A stretch of DNA of 64,000 nucleotides, taken from positions 2,824,453 through 2,888,452 of the forward strand of contig ML978122.1 of NCBI GenBank assembly GCA_010015805.1. The letters are read 5' to 3'. Every line of letters begins with the position of its first letter. Positions within the stretch are counted from its first letter, which is position 1. The DNA comes from Rhizodiscina lignyota (Eukaryota). Positions 35,498 to 47,070 of this stretch are shown here, one piece after another. A program made the position numbers and the translations under genes. Below the pieces are notes generated by a model that saw nothing but the letters and a program-made list of their open reading frames with translations, was not told where the DNA came from and searched no databases.

Positions 35498-37435
35498 TTA
35501 GTGTTGAGTTTGGTATATGGTGAAGGTGGACTTACCTTCGGTTTTGGATTTGCTGCTTGGGGCGTCCTTGCCGCCTTTGTCGATGCTTCGTCGTTTCTGT
35601 GCCGATGCGGAAGCCTGGTTGTTCTCGAGGTGTAATTTGACAGCCTCGATGGCCTCAGATGGATCAGTAGCGTCAGGATGACGGAGCTGCCATGCCACCA
35701 CGACATCAAGAGCATCTTTCATCCATGGTCCTGGCGGAGTGGACAAAGCTGTCGAGAGCGCCTTTCCATCCATCAGAGGTTTGATCGCGTAAGCGTTGAG
35801 TAATTCGAGTGCTTCGAGGTGTTTCAGAAAGTTGGTGTACGACAATTCGATAGCTGCAAAGCGTTAGAATCGCTACAAGAATCTCTTTCAAGGCAACAAA
35901 GACTTACATTCTGTCGAATCGGGATTCTGGAAAATCTCATAAAGCAGGCTAAACACAGCCTGCTCCCTCCACGAGGCTCCCCACCGACGAATCGCCATAC
36001 CAAGAGTGTCGCGAGCAGTCGCATCATCTCCCTCTTTACGTTTATGTGGGAATTTTGACTGAGATATGAATTTGTCTTTCAACTCCCGGATCTCTTCGTA
36101 GTTGTGCAAAGATGACTCGACGATGTTGGCAACCTTGTTCGGTGCTTTGAACCCTTCTCGAGCCACTGCCACTGCTAGAGGTACGGGCGTCCTATTTTTC
36201 TTTGGCGGAGCTGGAAGAGGAGCATCTACCCAAGGGATGAGGGCAGCAGAAATCCAAGCTTGATATTGGCCTTCGAAACTAGAGAGAAGTATTGGCCTCA
36301 AGTGGCGGTCGGAAGAGATGTTCTTGGGAGAGATCAGCATCTCAAGTGCCATATATACCGCCTTCCAGTTCTTCGTCTCAGGTACGTAATCTGGCTTGTT
36401 GGTCGGATCTGTGAAGACAGTGTTGTAGAGGTTGAGCTTGTTGATGTATGTCAACGCTCCAGCAGGATCTCTGCCTTTCAGCATTTTCTCGAGCTCTATG
36501 CCAACACGCTCCCTGCTGATCTTTATGCGCAATGCTTCTCTGATGTCGTCGTTATTCATCGCTCCCTGGGCAGCCGAATCTATTTCGAAGTCCAGCCTTG
36601 TTGCAAACCGAATCAGGCGGAGAACCCGTAGAGGATCATCCTTGAATGTCTGATACGGCTCAAGAGGAGTTCGGATGATCTTAGCCTCCATATCATCGAA
36701 GCCACGTTCGGTGAAGTCTTCGATCTGGCTAGTATTGATGTTGTAGAACATGGCATTGACGGTGGCATCTCTGCGCACTGCATCCTCTTCTGGCGTGCCG
36801 AACTCCATTTGAGGATTACGGCTGTCTTCCGTATACGTCTCCTTGCGCAGATTCACAAGATCAATATCCAGGCCGAGGATTTTGGTAGTGACTGTCTCGA
36901 GATGCTTTGACTTTTCTGGATTGGCCTCGATTTTGTAGAGACCACCGCCCATCTTTCGCTTGCCATCTGATTTGCTACTTGACTCGGTGCTCGCCAGACC
37001 ATACTTTTCAGCGTTCCCAGGGATCTCGAGATATTCTTTCATCTTCAGGCCGAATTGGTAGCCGGTCATCTTGTTGATGGCAACATCAATGTCATGACTT
37101 TGGGTATCCAGAAGCTTGTCGCGCACCCAGCCACCAGTGAAACGAAGGACCAGGTTCTCATTTTGAAGTTCTGATGGCGGCTGTGCTTCACTCTCAGGGA
37201 CTGAGGGCGAATCCTCGATATACTCTGCCGTGTCAAGTAGCAAATGTCTTAATGTCTGCTCAACATCATTGAGCTCGATTATTTTCGAGCGATAGCGGTG
37301 CCGCATGGCCATGTTGGTGAGTGACTGTTTGATGAAAGGTGGGCGTGAAGAAGGAAAAGGAAGAGGATGTGAGAAGAGAGTTTTGAGGGGTATTAAGGTT
37401 TGCACACGCGCCAGACGCCCGCCCAGTACGTTCAT
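35498..37435 (-). CDS. CCA1: CCA tRNA nucleotidyltransferase (class II); intron 35854..35907; ends at 35498 if intron 35486..35535 is retained, otherwise continues into Tti2
   Basis: GGWVRDKLL...HDIDVAI (DxD), EANPEKSKHLET, DLVNLRKE, DAVRRDATVNA, FKDDPLRVLRLIRFA, KISRERVGIE, KPLMDGK...PGPWMKDALD. Confidence 0.96.
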
Positions 37436-38538
37436 GAGAGGAAAGGAAGGTTCGAGAGATCTCAATGCATATTTGACGAAGTAGAGTGCCGGCACTTGAT
37501 TGCCAACGACGGAAGAACTAAAGGAACCGTGGTGTTTGTCGCGGCAGTCGTTATAGTGTCAAGGCCGCGCTAACCCGTTGTGGTCTGTGCTGTGTTATGT
37601 AGTGGGAGCCGCCAGCACTCACGGCTTTGCAATATTTCTTGAGTTAAAGGTTATAATTAAAATAGTTTTTCCTAGTCACTGCCTTCGGGCATCATGGTCA
37701 AGTTCAACTTGGTCCATTATTTAAGTAAGATTTTATCCTGAAAAGAACAGATACGGTTAACCTTCAACAGTGCGTTTGAGCTGTCAGTACGCCTCTCCCC
37801 TCTGCTAACCCATAGGCGCTCAGTGACGGACAGCACCTTCTCGTAGTACTGGGTGTGAGTAATCTTAAAGATGAAACCAAGACTGTCCAATATTTTTTTT
37901 GTCACCTGTAGGCCTCAAGTTCAAAACCTGCCTCCGGCGTTGTATTTTTTTTCCTCTTTTAATTTTATGCTAGCCTGGAATGGTTTGACATTAGGCGAAC
38001 TTTATTTGCCAAATTCCATATTTGGGAAAGTTAAGACTATTTCAGGCTAGCTTTCAAACGGCGGTGGATTTAAGATGCCAGGAGACCACTTTACTTCCCA
38101 CTTCACTTTCTATCTTACTGAAGAAGGGATATGAATTTTATTTTACAGAGTACCTACGGGGGAATAGATGTATATACTAAACTCGTTTATCTAGATACAA
38201 ATTACACCTTGACTCGTCTTCTATACGCAGATCCACAGTTCAAATAGAAGAAGACGTTCCTTAACATTGGCAAATTATGGGATGAAAGGTGTGGCTTTTC
38301 GTGGCGGCTTAATACCGTTCGCCTGACATTATAACTCCATCCACGGTCCGCCTTGTCATCACTTGGAGACAACCACCGACACTTTAATGCGACCACATAT
38401 TGATCGCATGCCGGCCTCTTCACTCCTTTGACACCGTGACGATCGCAAACCTCTCCCGAAGCTCGTCTCACGATCAATGAGCCTAAACATCGAAATCGCA
38501 CCCCAAGAGCCCACCAAGGGAGTTCGCAGGAGACACTC

Positions 38539-41075
38539 ATGACCTCTCCGCCGTATGGCTCACCCATCAAGTCGCCGCAGCTCGGTGCCATCGAATCGTC
38601 GATAGTCTTCCCGAAGCGCAAAGGCGGATCACCAGCATCGTCGCTATCTAACCTCCCATACCGCCGCTCGAATCAATCTTTATCCTCTCTATTCGCGTCC
38701 ACATCATCTTTACCTGGTTCTGGCCCGAGCTCCGGCACAGCAACGCCCACCGCAACAGTCGCGCGAGACTCTGTATTCTCACCAGGCGGGACACTTCGAC
38801 CGCGGTCGCCTGCAGGAGCACCAGTCGTAGACAGCAGTGGACTAAGAGATGTGCTCATACGATCGTTTGCGCCACACGTCGCGGTTCTTGCGTCGGCAGA
38901 CACGGACGAAGTTATACGGCAGAAGGGTTTCCCGGGAGGATTTCTGCAGTTAATACGGCCGTTTGGACAGCAAGTGCAAGGGAAAGTTACTGTCAGAGAC
39001 AGCATTGGGGCGAGCAAGAGTTTCGAGGATTTTGGGATACGGTTCACGGGACTGAAGGATGGGCTGAATCCTCCGAAACCACCTCCGCAACCGAGGCGCA
39101 GCGCAGAGGTTGGAGAGAAGGCTGTTAATGGGGGTGCAGAGCCTTGGGTAGAGTCATTTCCCGCGTGGGCGCGGACAGGTGGTGACGTTGCGCAGATTGA
39201 AGAGCTCGTGGACCGGCATCTGTCGTACGCAGAGATGCAATATGGCGGCTCCATGTCCGACTATCTGAAGCACGATGGCGATGCAGCTGGACGTGCACAT
39301 ACGAGCGGTGCTCCTTCACCTTTCTACACGCTCTATTTTCGCCGATTACTCTCAGCACTTCCTATGTCACCGCACGAGACATTCTCCCATCCTGTCGCGT
39401 GCATCATTGCCATAAGCAGCCGAAACCCTTCCCCGATAGAAGACCTGCGACGGTTGTATAATGCCACAAACACTGGCGACCTGCGGCTACCGCAGTGGGT
39501 CAATAATGAATTCCTACGATACTATGTTCTCGTCCACGACGAGGATCATGACGACATTTCCAAATCCACAGCGTTGTACGAGCAAATGAAGCGCCATTTT
39601 GGATTACATTGCCACCTTCTCAGATTACGAAGCCTGCATGTTCTCCCATCCGACGATGACAGTGTACGGTTACCGACGACTGAGTGGATCTCTGCGATGG
39701 AGGAGCTTACAGAGATTCACCGGCGAGGCAAGTCAACAGCACACTCGAAATCCACAGAATTACGAGAATGAAGGCATTGCAAGAACATCCAAGCTAACAT
39801 ACTGCAACAGAAAGCTCCGAAACTGACGCTGATCCTACCCCCTGTCTTTTCGACTCCGACGTCTCCGCCCTCCGCACTCTCGTCCGCGAATTAACCATGC
39901 AATCCATCATCCCCTCCATGGAACGCTCCCTCACCGCCTGGAACGAACAAGTTCTCTCCCGCCGACGTGGCCTCTCCGGCCGCTTCATGTCCCTATCCAA
40001 ACGCTGGACGCCCTTCGGCAGCTCCTCACGCAATTCATCTGGTCCGCTCGCCGGGCTACAGGCTTCCGGCGGCGGCACCAGCGGCAACTACGACAGCCTA
40101 CAGGGCTTCTACCGGCCCGAGAGTGCGGAGGCGACGATGCGGAAATTGGCGGACTACGCGGTCATGCTGCGGGACTTTAAACTCGCGGCCAGCACGTACG
40201 ATCTGCTGCGCGCAGATTTCAATGGTGATAAGGCGTGGCGCTACTATGCTGGAGCGAATGAGATGGCCGCGATTGCGACACTGTTGGATGCGCATTTGAG
40301 GAGTGGGGCGGAGAAGAGCACGAGTACGAAGAGTAGGCTGGAGGCGGTGGATGGATGGCTGGAGACGGCGAGTTATAGCTATGTTACGAGGTGCATGGCG
40401 CCGTTTTATGGGCTAAGAACTCTTGCGGTGGGAGGTGAACTGTTGAAGATGAGGGGGACGAGTACGGGTGGGGACGAGGCAGCGAAGTGGGGGAGTAAAA
40501 TTCTGGAGGATCGACTTGTCGGACCGGTTGGGCGGCCGTTGTTTATGGAGAGGATTAGTGCGAGCTTTGGGAGTAAGCTCGGACGAGGGGAGTTGAGATG
40601 GGGTGGAAGGAGGAGAAAAGCGGCTTTCTGGGCGGTGTTGGCAGTGGAGAACTGGCTGAAAATGGATAAGGTAGTGCAGGCAGGGAAGATGTTGGAGAGC
40701 GTGAGCGAGTTGTACGGTCTCACGGACGCTGGGGGTGTTGCGGTGCAGGAGGATGAAGAGAAGGGTGGAGGAGCGGAGAAAGCAAAGCCGAGAGAGCTGA
40801 AGTTCGCGGAGATGAAGGACTTCATCGAAGAACTGCGGGAGGCTGTCGTTGCGAGGAAACTGGCTGCCCACGGCTATGAAGGCGAAGAGTCTCCAGAGGC
40901 GGACGAGACGACGCTTGTCGAGGAAGTGAGTGAGAAGCTCGACGCGCGACCACATCGGATGAGCTTGATAGGAATTGCGGCGCCTCCTCCCATGGCTGGA
41001 ATGGACGTTACGCCGCTCAGCCCGCTGAAGGTGCGAGATGAGGAGCCGAATTTCAGGGACGATAGTTTTGAGTGA
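38539..41075 (+). CDS. TRS85: TRAPP III-specific subunit Trs85; GC-AG intron 39728..39810
   Basis: SPHETFSHPVACIIAISSRN, LRYYVLVHDED, MKRHFGLHCHLLRL, VRELTMQSIIPSMER, EATMRKLADYAVMLRDFKLA, DFNGDKAWRYYAGANEM, RRRKAAFW. Confidence 0.92.
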
Positions 41076-41672
41076 GTTTGAGGATGCGTTCAGCTTCCGT
41101 ACCTGAAGATGCATAGCAATGGCGCTGGTTAGGTTCGGGATTTCCCTTAAGAAGAGGAACGGCTTATAGATGCTTTGAATGTATATGATACGAATTGAAG
41201 TATAAATTTTATCTGGTCTACTGAATATATTTGGTTGCAATTCTGTCTTAAGTGGCTGCTCTGACGAACCTTCTGCAATATTTGAATGCATAAACACGCT
41301 ACGACCTAAGTGGAAAACACGCCTTTTTAAACTCAGTCAACTTAAAATACAGACATGTTTGGTGATACATGTTGGTTGTCTGCCTACTGTAATACATAAG
41401 GTATTGTCTGTTGACATAGTTGAACATCCAATCAAGTGTCATATGCATGTGCGTCCTGCACGCGTGCTTCTCCGACAACCATCTCCAAATAACATCCTCA
41501 TCCAGAGACCATCTCGCTTCAAATTCTTTCTCCTATCTGTACATAGAACCTCCAGTCTCCTCACCAACTGCCCGTTCCGCACTCTCTTCTCCTTTAACAG
41601 ACGCCCTTGCGCCGGGACACGCGACCCCACACGCGTCTTCCCCGCCGGTGGACATTCGACTCCCCCGAAACA

Positions 41673-43229
41673 ATGACGTCCACCAATACCTCCCCCCTTC
41701 TGTCCTTCCTTCTCACCCACGAAGAGGCATTCAAATCCCGCGCGCGGCTCGCATCTCTATATTCCGACTTCCGCGCGCAGGCGTCAACAAACCCAGATGG
41801 CTACGTAGCCAATGTATCGGCATGGCGGAAGGCGCTGGCAGACGCGGCGCGGGCGGGCCTGCTGCCCGGAGGAGACTTACTGGTCGTCAAGACGGGCGAG
41901 GAGTTGTTGAGGGAGCTGGAGATGGCGGGATGGGGACGGCCGGGGGCGCTGGGTGCTGTGGTGGTGAGTGATTTCTTTCATTGCTGAGAAGAACTTGGAA
42001 GGGTTTTGGGAGGTTCGGGTATGTGCATTGGATTGCAAGCTAATATATGGGACATGTGCAGAATGACGCAGTCGCAAAAGGCGAGATGATACCCCTCGCG
42101 CACTTCCTACAGCAACGGCACAGCATCTATTCGCGCAACCGCATAAGCCCATGGAGTGTCTTGACTTGGGGCCTCCGCCAGCTGGGTGTGCTAGGCGCGG
42201 AGAGCAGTTCAGAAGACAGACTCGTCGTGGGAGAATTCGTCGTCAAAGCCAATGTCGAGGTACGTTTCTCCCCAATCTATATCGCTCCCATCCTCCGCCA
42301 ACTTTATAGCTAATTATATGGCAAAGGGAGCAGCAACCTCCCTCCTCTCTGACCTCTCCAAATCTGCGTCGACATCCGGGCCCGCCCTCATCCACAGCCG
42401 CAGCACCTTCGCCGCCGCCTTATCTCACTGCTTCTCCATGCACACTCCGCTGACCGACCGCGACACCGATATCCTCCTAACGCACCTCTCGCGCGACTTG
42501 CACAGCTGCGCGTACGAGCCCATCAGCGGGACCATCAAGTTTGTGGCGCCGAACCAGAGTATCTCCGCGTTTGCGGACCTGGATCCTGTCAGTGAGAACG
42601 ATGTTGCTATTGCAAGACTAAAGAGCTTGATTCTTGCGCTAGAGATGGAGGTTCCGGCGCTTGAGGTGCGAGTGGCGGCACTGGACACGGCGGCGAGAGA
42701 AGCGGTGGTGGAGAAGAATACGGCGAAGGCGAGGGCGAGCCTGAGGAGTAAGAAGCTTGCTGCCGCGACGCTGGAAAAGAGACGGGAGACGCTGCATCAG
42801 CTGCAGGATGTGTATGCGCGGATTGAGGCGGCCGCTGATAATGTGGAGATTGTGAGGGTGATGCAGGCTTCTGCTGGCGTGCTGCGGGATTTGAACCGCG
42901 AAATTGGTGGAGCAGAGGGCGCGGAGGAGGTTGTTGACAAGCTGAGAGATGAGATGGAGAGGGCGGATGAGGTCACTGGCGTGCTCACGGAAGGCGCGGT
43001 GTCCGGTGCGGTTGATGAGGGTGAAGTGGATGAAGAATTCGAGGCACTGGAGAAGGAGGAGAGCGAGAAGGAAGAGAAGGAAGAAGCAGAGAAGACGAAA
43101 GCCAGGTTTGAAGAGCTTGAGAAGCTGGAGAAGGAGAGGAAGGAGAAAGAGGAGGCACAGAAAGAAGATCACGTGCCTGATACAGATAGAGAGCAGGAGG
43201 CACAAAAGGAGTCAGTTGTGGCTTCATGA
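41673..43229 (+). CDS. CHMP7/Chm7-like ESCRT-II/III hybrid protein (Snf7 C-terminal domain); introns 41964..42061 and 42260..42326
   Basis: N-terminal RLASLYSDFR...NPDGYVANVSAWRKAL; C-terminal Snf7 coiled coil (ARASLRSKKL...IEAAADNVEIVRVM...EGEVDEEFEALE). Both introns are phase 0 and in frame. Confidence 0.88.
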
Positions 43230-43400
43230 ATTTGATTCCCATTGGGACTAAGTCCCACGACGAGTAGTTTATCCATTTCAAACTATCGTCGATCGATCTA
43301 TTTGATCGCGACTTGCTGCCCCCAAACTCCCGCAAAACCCACTGCTGATCCTCAAATGAAATAGAGCTTGAAGCTCTTTGATCGTCGCTCCCCCATCTCC

Positions 43401-44296
43401 TCAGATCTGCCTCTGGAAGGTGACCTTGATAGGCCTGGCCTGCTCGCCCAATGGCATGCCCGTCGTCCTCTCCTTGGCAGAGATAGCTCCATCAATGCCG
43501 TCATACTCCACAAACGCAATGCCGGGTCGGTTCGGCACAACGCGCACCTCCTGAAAGCCCTCGAAGCGCGAGAAGATGACGGTAAGCGCGTCGACGTCGT
43601 AGCTGTCCGGGATGTTCTGGACGAAGAGCACCTTGTTCGGGGGAAGGTACTCGTCGGGGATGAGACCCGCTCCACCAGCAGGCTTTGCGCCACGAGCGGC
43701 CTTGTTGGGGTGGGCTCCAGCGCCGGCTGGATCACCCGGCCGCTTGATGCCAGCGGCCTCTCTGCGCTCTATAGTGAAAGGTCAAAGTTAGCATCAGCTC
43801 TGTAGCAAAGAGATGGGCGATATTAAATATGAAAACACCAAAAATAGCATACCTCTGTCGGCAATCCTTGCGCGCTTGTGCTCCTCGAGCTGCTCCGGAT
43901 TCTCCTTCTCGACAATCTTGTCACTCTTTGTGCGCGCGTACTCAAGCTCCATCTTCTTGCCGAAGAGCTCGAAGCCATTCACATCCTCGATGGCCTGCGT
44001 TGCACTCTCGACGTCCTTGAACACGACGAAGGCCTGGCCCTTGCGGTGGAGGGACTTCTTGGCGACGATGTCGAGGATGGTGCCATACTCCTCGAAGATT
44101 TCGCGGAGCGCTTTAACGAGCTCGGGGATCTTGACGCGGTCGTCGAGGCTGTGGACCTAGAAGGAAGCCATCAGCCACTGTGTGCAGTGTGGGTGAGAGC
44201 AGGTGAGGGTTAATTACGTAGACTCTGTGAAAGCGTCAGTAGATGATCATGTTCAATGTCGCGCGTCACTTACGTGTTATTGGCGTTGGTGGCCAT
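43401..44296 (-). CDS. U1A/U2B''-family snRNP protein (two RRMs); introns 44225..44273, 44157..44217, 43769..43852; possible upstream in-frame ATG at 44446
   Basis: Spliced product MATNANNT|VY|VHSLDDRVKIPEL...ILDIVAKKSLHRKGQAFVVF...YARTKSD; second RRM EYLPPNKVLFVQNIP...RPGIAFVEY...IKVTFQRQ. Confidence 0.9.
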
Positions 44297-44303
44297 TTTT
44301 TCT

Positions 44304-44431
44304 GCAGCAGGAACAGGCTCTGGGTAGGCAGCACGAACGGGCTCAGGAGGAGCAGCACGAACGGGCTCAGGAGGAGCAGCACGAACGGGCTCAGGATGAG
44401 CAGCAGGAACGGCAGCAAGAACAGGCTCAGG
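44304..44431. repeat. 24-nt tandem repeat (three near-perfect units plus degenerate flanks)
   Basis: Unit gcagcacgaacgggctcaggagga at 44328, 44352 and 44376; reads PEPVRAAP on the minus strand. Confidence 0.92.
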
Positions 44432-45343
44432 CCAGGAGCCGTGCATATAAGTGTCTCCACTCCTGAGAGAGTAGTAAGGAAGTTGACGGTCGCTATGGAG
44501 CGGAAACTTGCATCTTTCTTTTGGTAGATGGTGTGTACTTGGTGGTATTGGTGTGTGAAGAAGCTGGAGTTGTTGTTGTTCTTCGTGTGCTGGGGAAGAG
44601 AAGAAGCTCAATTCAAAATTGAAGATCGGGGTTTTGATGTGGGGCCTGGCGCCGGCGATCGGCACAGGGATACTCCGGCACAACCTGCCGAATCTGCAGG
44701 TCACGTCAACGCCTTTCCGCCCTTACAATGTCGAGATACGCCGCATTTCGCTTGTTGACAGAGTTTGATTCGAGACGGCTTCTGCTCTATTGAACGCGCA
44801 AGTATCGAGCAGTTCAAGTGAAAGAAAGATCCTCTGTAGCTGAGCCTGATTGGCCATTGAAAAGTCTGGATTGCTCACCCGGAGTCTCAACATTTCGTGG
44901 CCAACCCTGTCGACACTTTAACTATGTGCGGTCACCGCATTTGGAGGTGACGAACAGCTTAGCTCGCGATGAATCACGAGCGCATACACGAACTCCGGCA
45001 GGGCATTTATTCCACAGTCCGCACGCTCTGATCGCTAATACAGCTATATATTGACTCATATCACGTCGTGTTGCACTTTCTGACTGCTCCCTGACCTCGA
45101 GCCTGTTCAATTGATCTCTCTCGGTCCTTCTAGTCGCTCGGGCTGTGACGTCAAGCCCGGGAAGAGCGCCGGCGTTGAGGCTCGAAAGATTTCCACATTC
45201 CGCTTACCGCTTTCCTCCAAGACACATCCTCCAGCGAGCTTAATTGTGCTATTTAGAGCTCGTGGAATGTCATACGTCTTCAATCTTGACCTCTCCGATT
45301 TCCTATCCACAGAAGCATTATTCTCAGCCTTCTCAACCATTCC

Positions 45344-46916
45344 ATGCCCGAAGATTCAACGCTCTCCCGTGTGGCAAGCACAGTCAGCAATGGTGCCAAA
45401 AGCATCATCAAACCCGACTACTCGAAATGCCCAGTTGGCCTCAAATGGCGATCGAACACTTTCTTCATCATAGTGACGATCGGCGTCGGCATCTTCACCG
45501 ACCTCTTCCTCTATGGCTTGATTGTGCCGGTCATTCCTTTTATGCTCGAGGATAGAGTTGGGATCCCGAGATCTCACGTTCAGAGCAATGTTTCTATGCT
45601 GCTTGCTATCTATGCGGGAGCCAGTGTTGTGTTCTCGCCAATTGCTGGAATTCTCGCAGACAAGACGAGTAGCAGGCAGCTGCCATTCCTTCTAGGTTTA
45701 TCCGCCTTACTGTTTGCTACGTTGCTATTTGCAGTTGGCCAAAGCATTCCAGTTCTTGCAATTGCGAGAATATTGCAAGGTCTGAGCGGATCTGTTGTTT
45801 GGACGATTGGCCTCGCGATGTGCTTGGAAACAGTCGGGCCTGAGCGACTGGGTAGAGTTATAGGCACGGTAAGTAGAGACCCATATCCATATGAGTGGGG
45901 CTGAAGCTAAGATTATGAAGATATTTAGTGTCATCTCAGTCGGCACGCAAGCGTCTCCCACTATCGGAGGCATTCTCTACGAGAAGGCCGGGCTCCCAGG
46001 CGTATTCGGACTCGCGATAGCGCTACTGGTGGTCGACTTCGTCATGCGCCTGCTGGTCATCGAAAAGAAGATTGCCGCCAAGTACGAAGCTCATATGCGC
46101 AGAGCATCGTTGGCAAACCCCCAAACCGATGGCATGGACGGTACCGCTGAGCACGATAATCACGACCCAGACGAGGAAAGTCCGTTGTTGAGCGGCAACG
46201 AGCACAAGAAATACCACCTCAACGAACCGAAATCATGGATCTTGCGCAAGGTTCCGATTCTAGCTTGCATTCATGACACTGCGCTTCTCGCAGCCCTTTG
46301 GCTTGCTTTCGTTCAGGCCATCCTCCTTGGCTCCTTTGATGCGACTATCCCGACTGTTGCAGAAGACTATTACGATTTCGACGCGCTCAAAGCAGGTGCT
46401 CTATTCCTATCACTAGGCTTGACGGACCTGATCACCGGGCCTATTGGTGGATGGGCGGTCGACAAGTACGGCACAAAACCGGCAGCCGTGATTGGCTGTG
46501 CATGGCTAGTACCTTTCATGATACTGCTCAGGCTGCCAAAACCTGATCTGGCCAATGGAGTAGCAAGTGATCAGGTTAAAATTTGGGCGGGACTCCTTGC
46601 GCTTATTGGTATCGGTATGGGCATCTTCGGAGCACCGAGTATAGTTGAGGCCGGAGCAGTAGTGCAAAGGTACTACAAAGCCAATCCGGATTTCTTCGGA
46701 GAGAATGGGCCGTATGCGCAGCTATACGGCCTGAACTCGATGTGCTTCTGTGGCGGACTGACTATTGGTCCTGTTATCGCCGGTGGGCTGAAGGACAGCA
46801 TTGGTTATGGAAATATGAATGCAGTACTGGCTGCGATCGCTGGTGTTACTTCTATTATTAGCTGGTTATACATCGGCGGGCCTCCGAGAATTGGAAAGTG
46901 GAAGGTGTTGAAGTAG
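45344..46916 (+). CDS. MFS transporter (12 TM, vesicular amine transporter/DHA1-like); intron 45869..45920
   Basis: FTDLFLYGLIVPVIPF, GILADKTSSRQ, ARILQGLSGSVVWT, GWAVDKYGTK, PYAQLYGL; phase-0 intron GTAAGT...CTAAG...AAG. Confidence 0.9.
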
Positions 46917-47070
46917 ATGCGCAGGCCCTCGATGCCATCGCACTGATGGATAGGGATCGGTTCGAAATAGACTCAGCCGCTTTGTATTCTCCATAGATTT
47001 GGAAAAATGCATGGGTATCGATACTTCTAGACTCAACTCGAGGAGTTGCTCCGAGAGTGGAATTAACGTA

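Noticed and set aside
35520..35535. Shared start GTAAGTCCACCT between the CCA-Tti2 intron and the MFS intron at 55954
   Set aside because: Half is donor consensus and the similarity ends within a few more bases; no evidence of an introner family.
37620..38300. AT-rich stretch as a transposon relic
   Set aside because: No terminal repeats or coding remnant; fits an ordinary divergent promoter between CCA1 and TRS85.
40413..41297. 294-aa minus-strand ORF
   Set aside because: Antisense of the purine-skewed TRS85 exon; His/Leu/Pro-rich artefact.
41964..42061. Second twin intron or hidden micro-exon in the 98-nt CHMP7-like intron (internal GTATGT at 42019)
   Set aside because: No good internal branch/acceptor pair rebuilds a donor or gives a convincing in-frame exon; a single intron explains the frame.
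43230..43400. U1A autoregulatory AUUGCAC element in the 3' UTR
   Set aside because: Motif not found on the transcribed strand.
44304..44431. CRISPR-like array
   Set aside because: Units are contiguous with no unique spacers, the context is eukaryotic and there are no cas genes.
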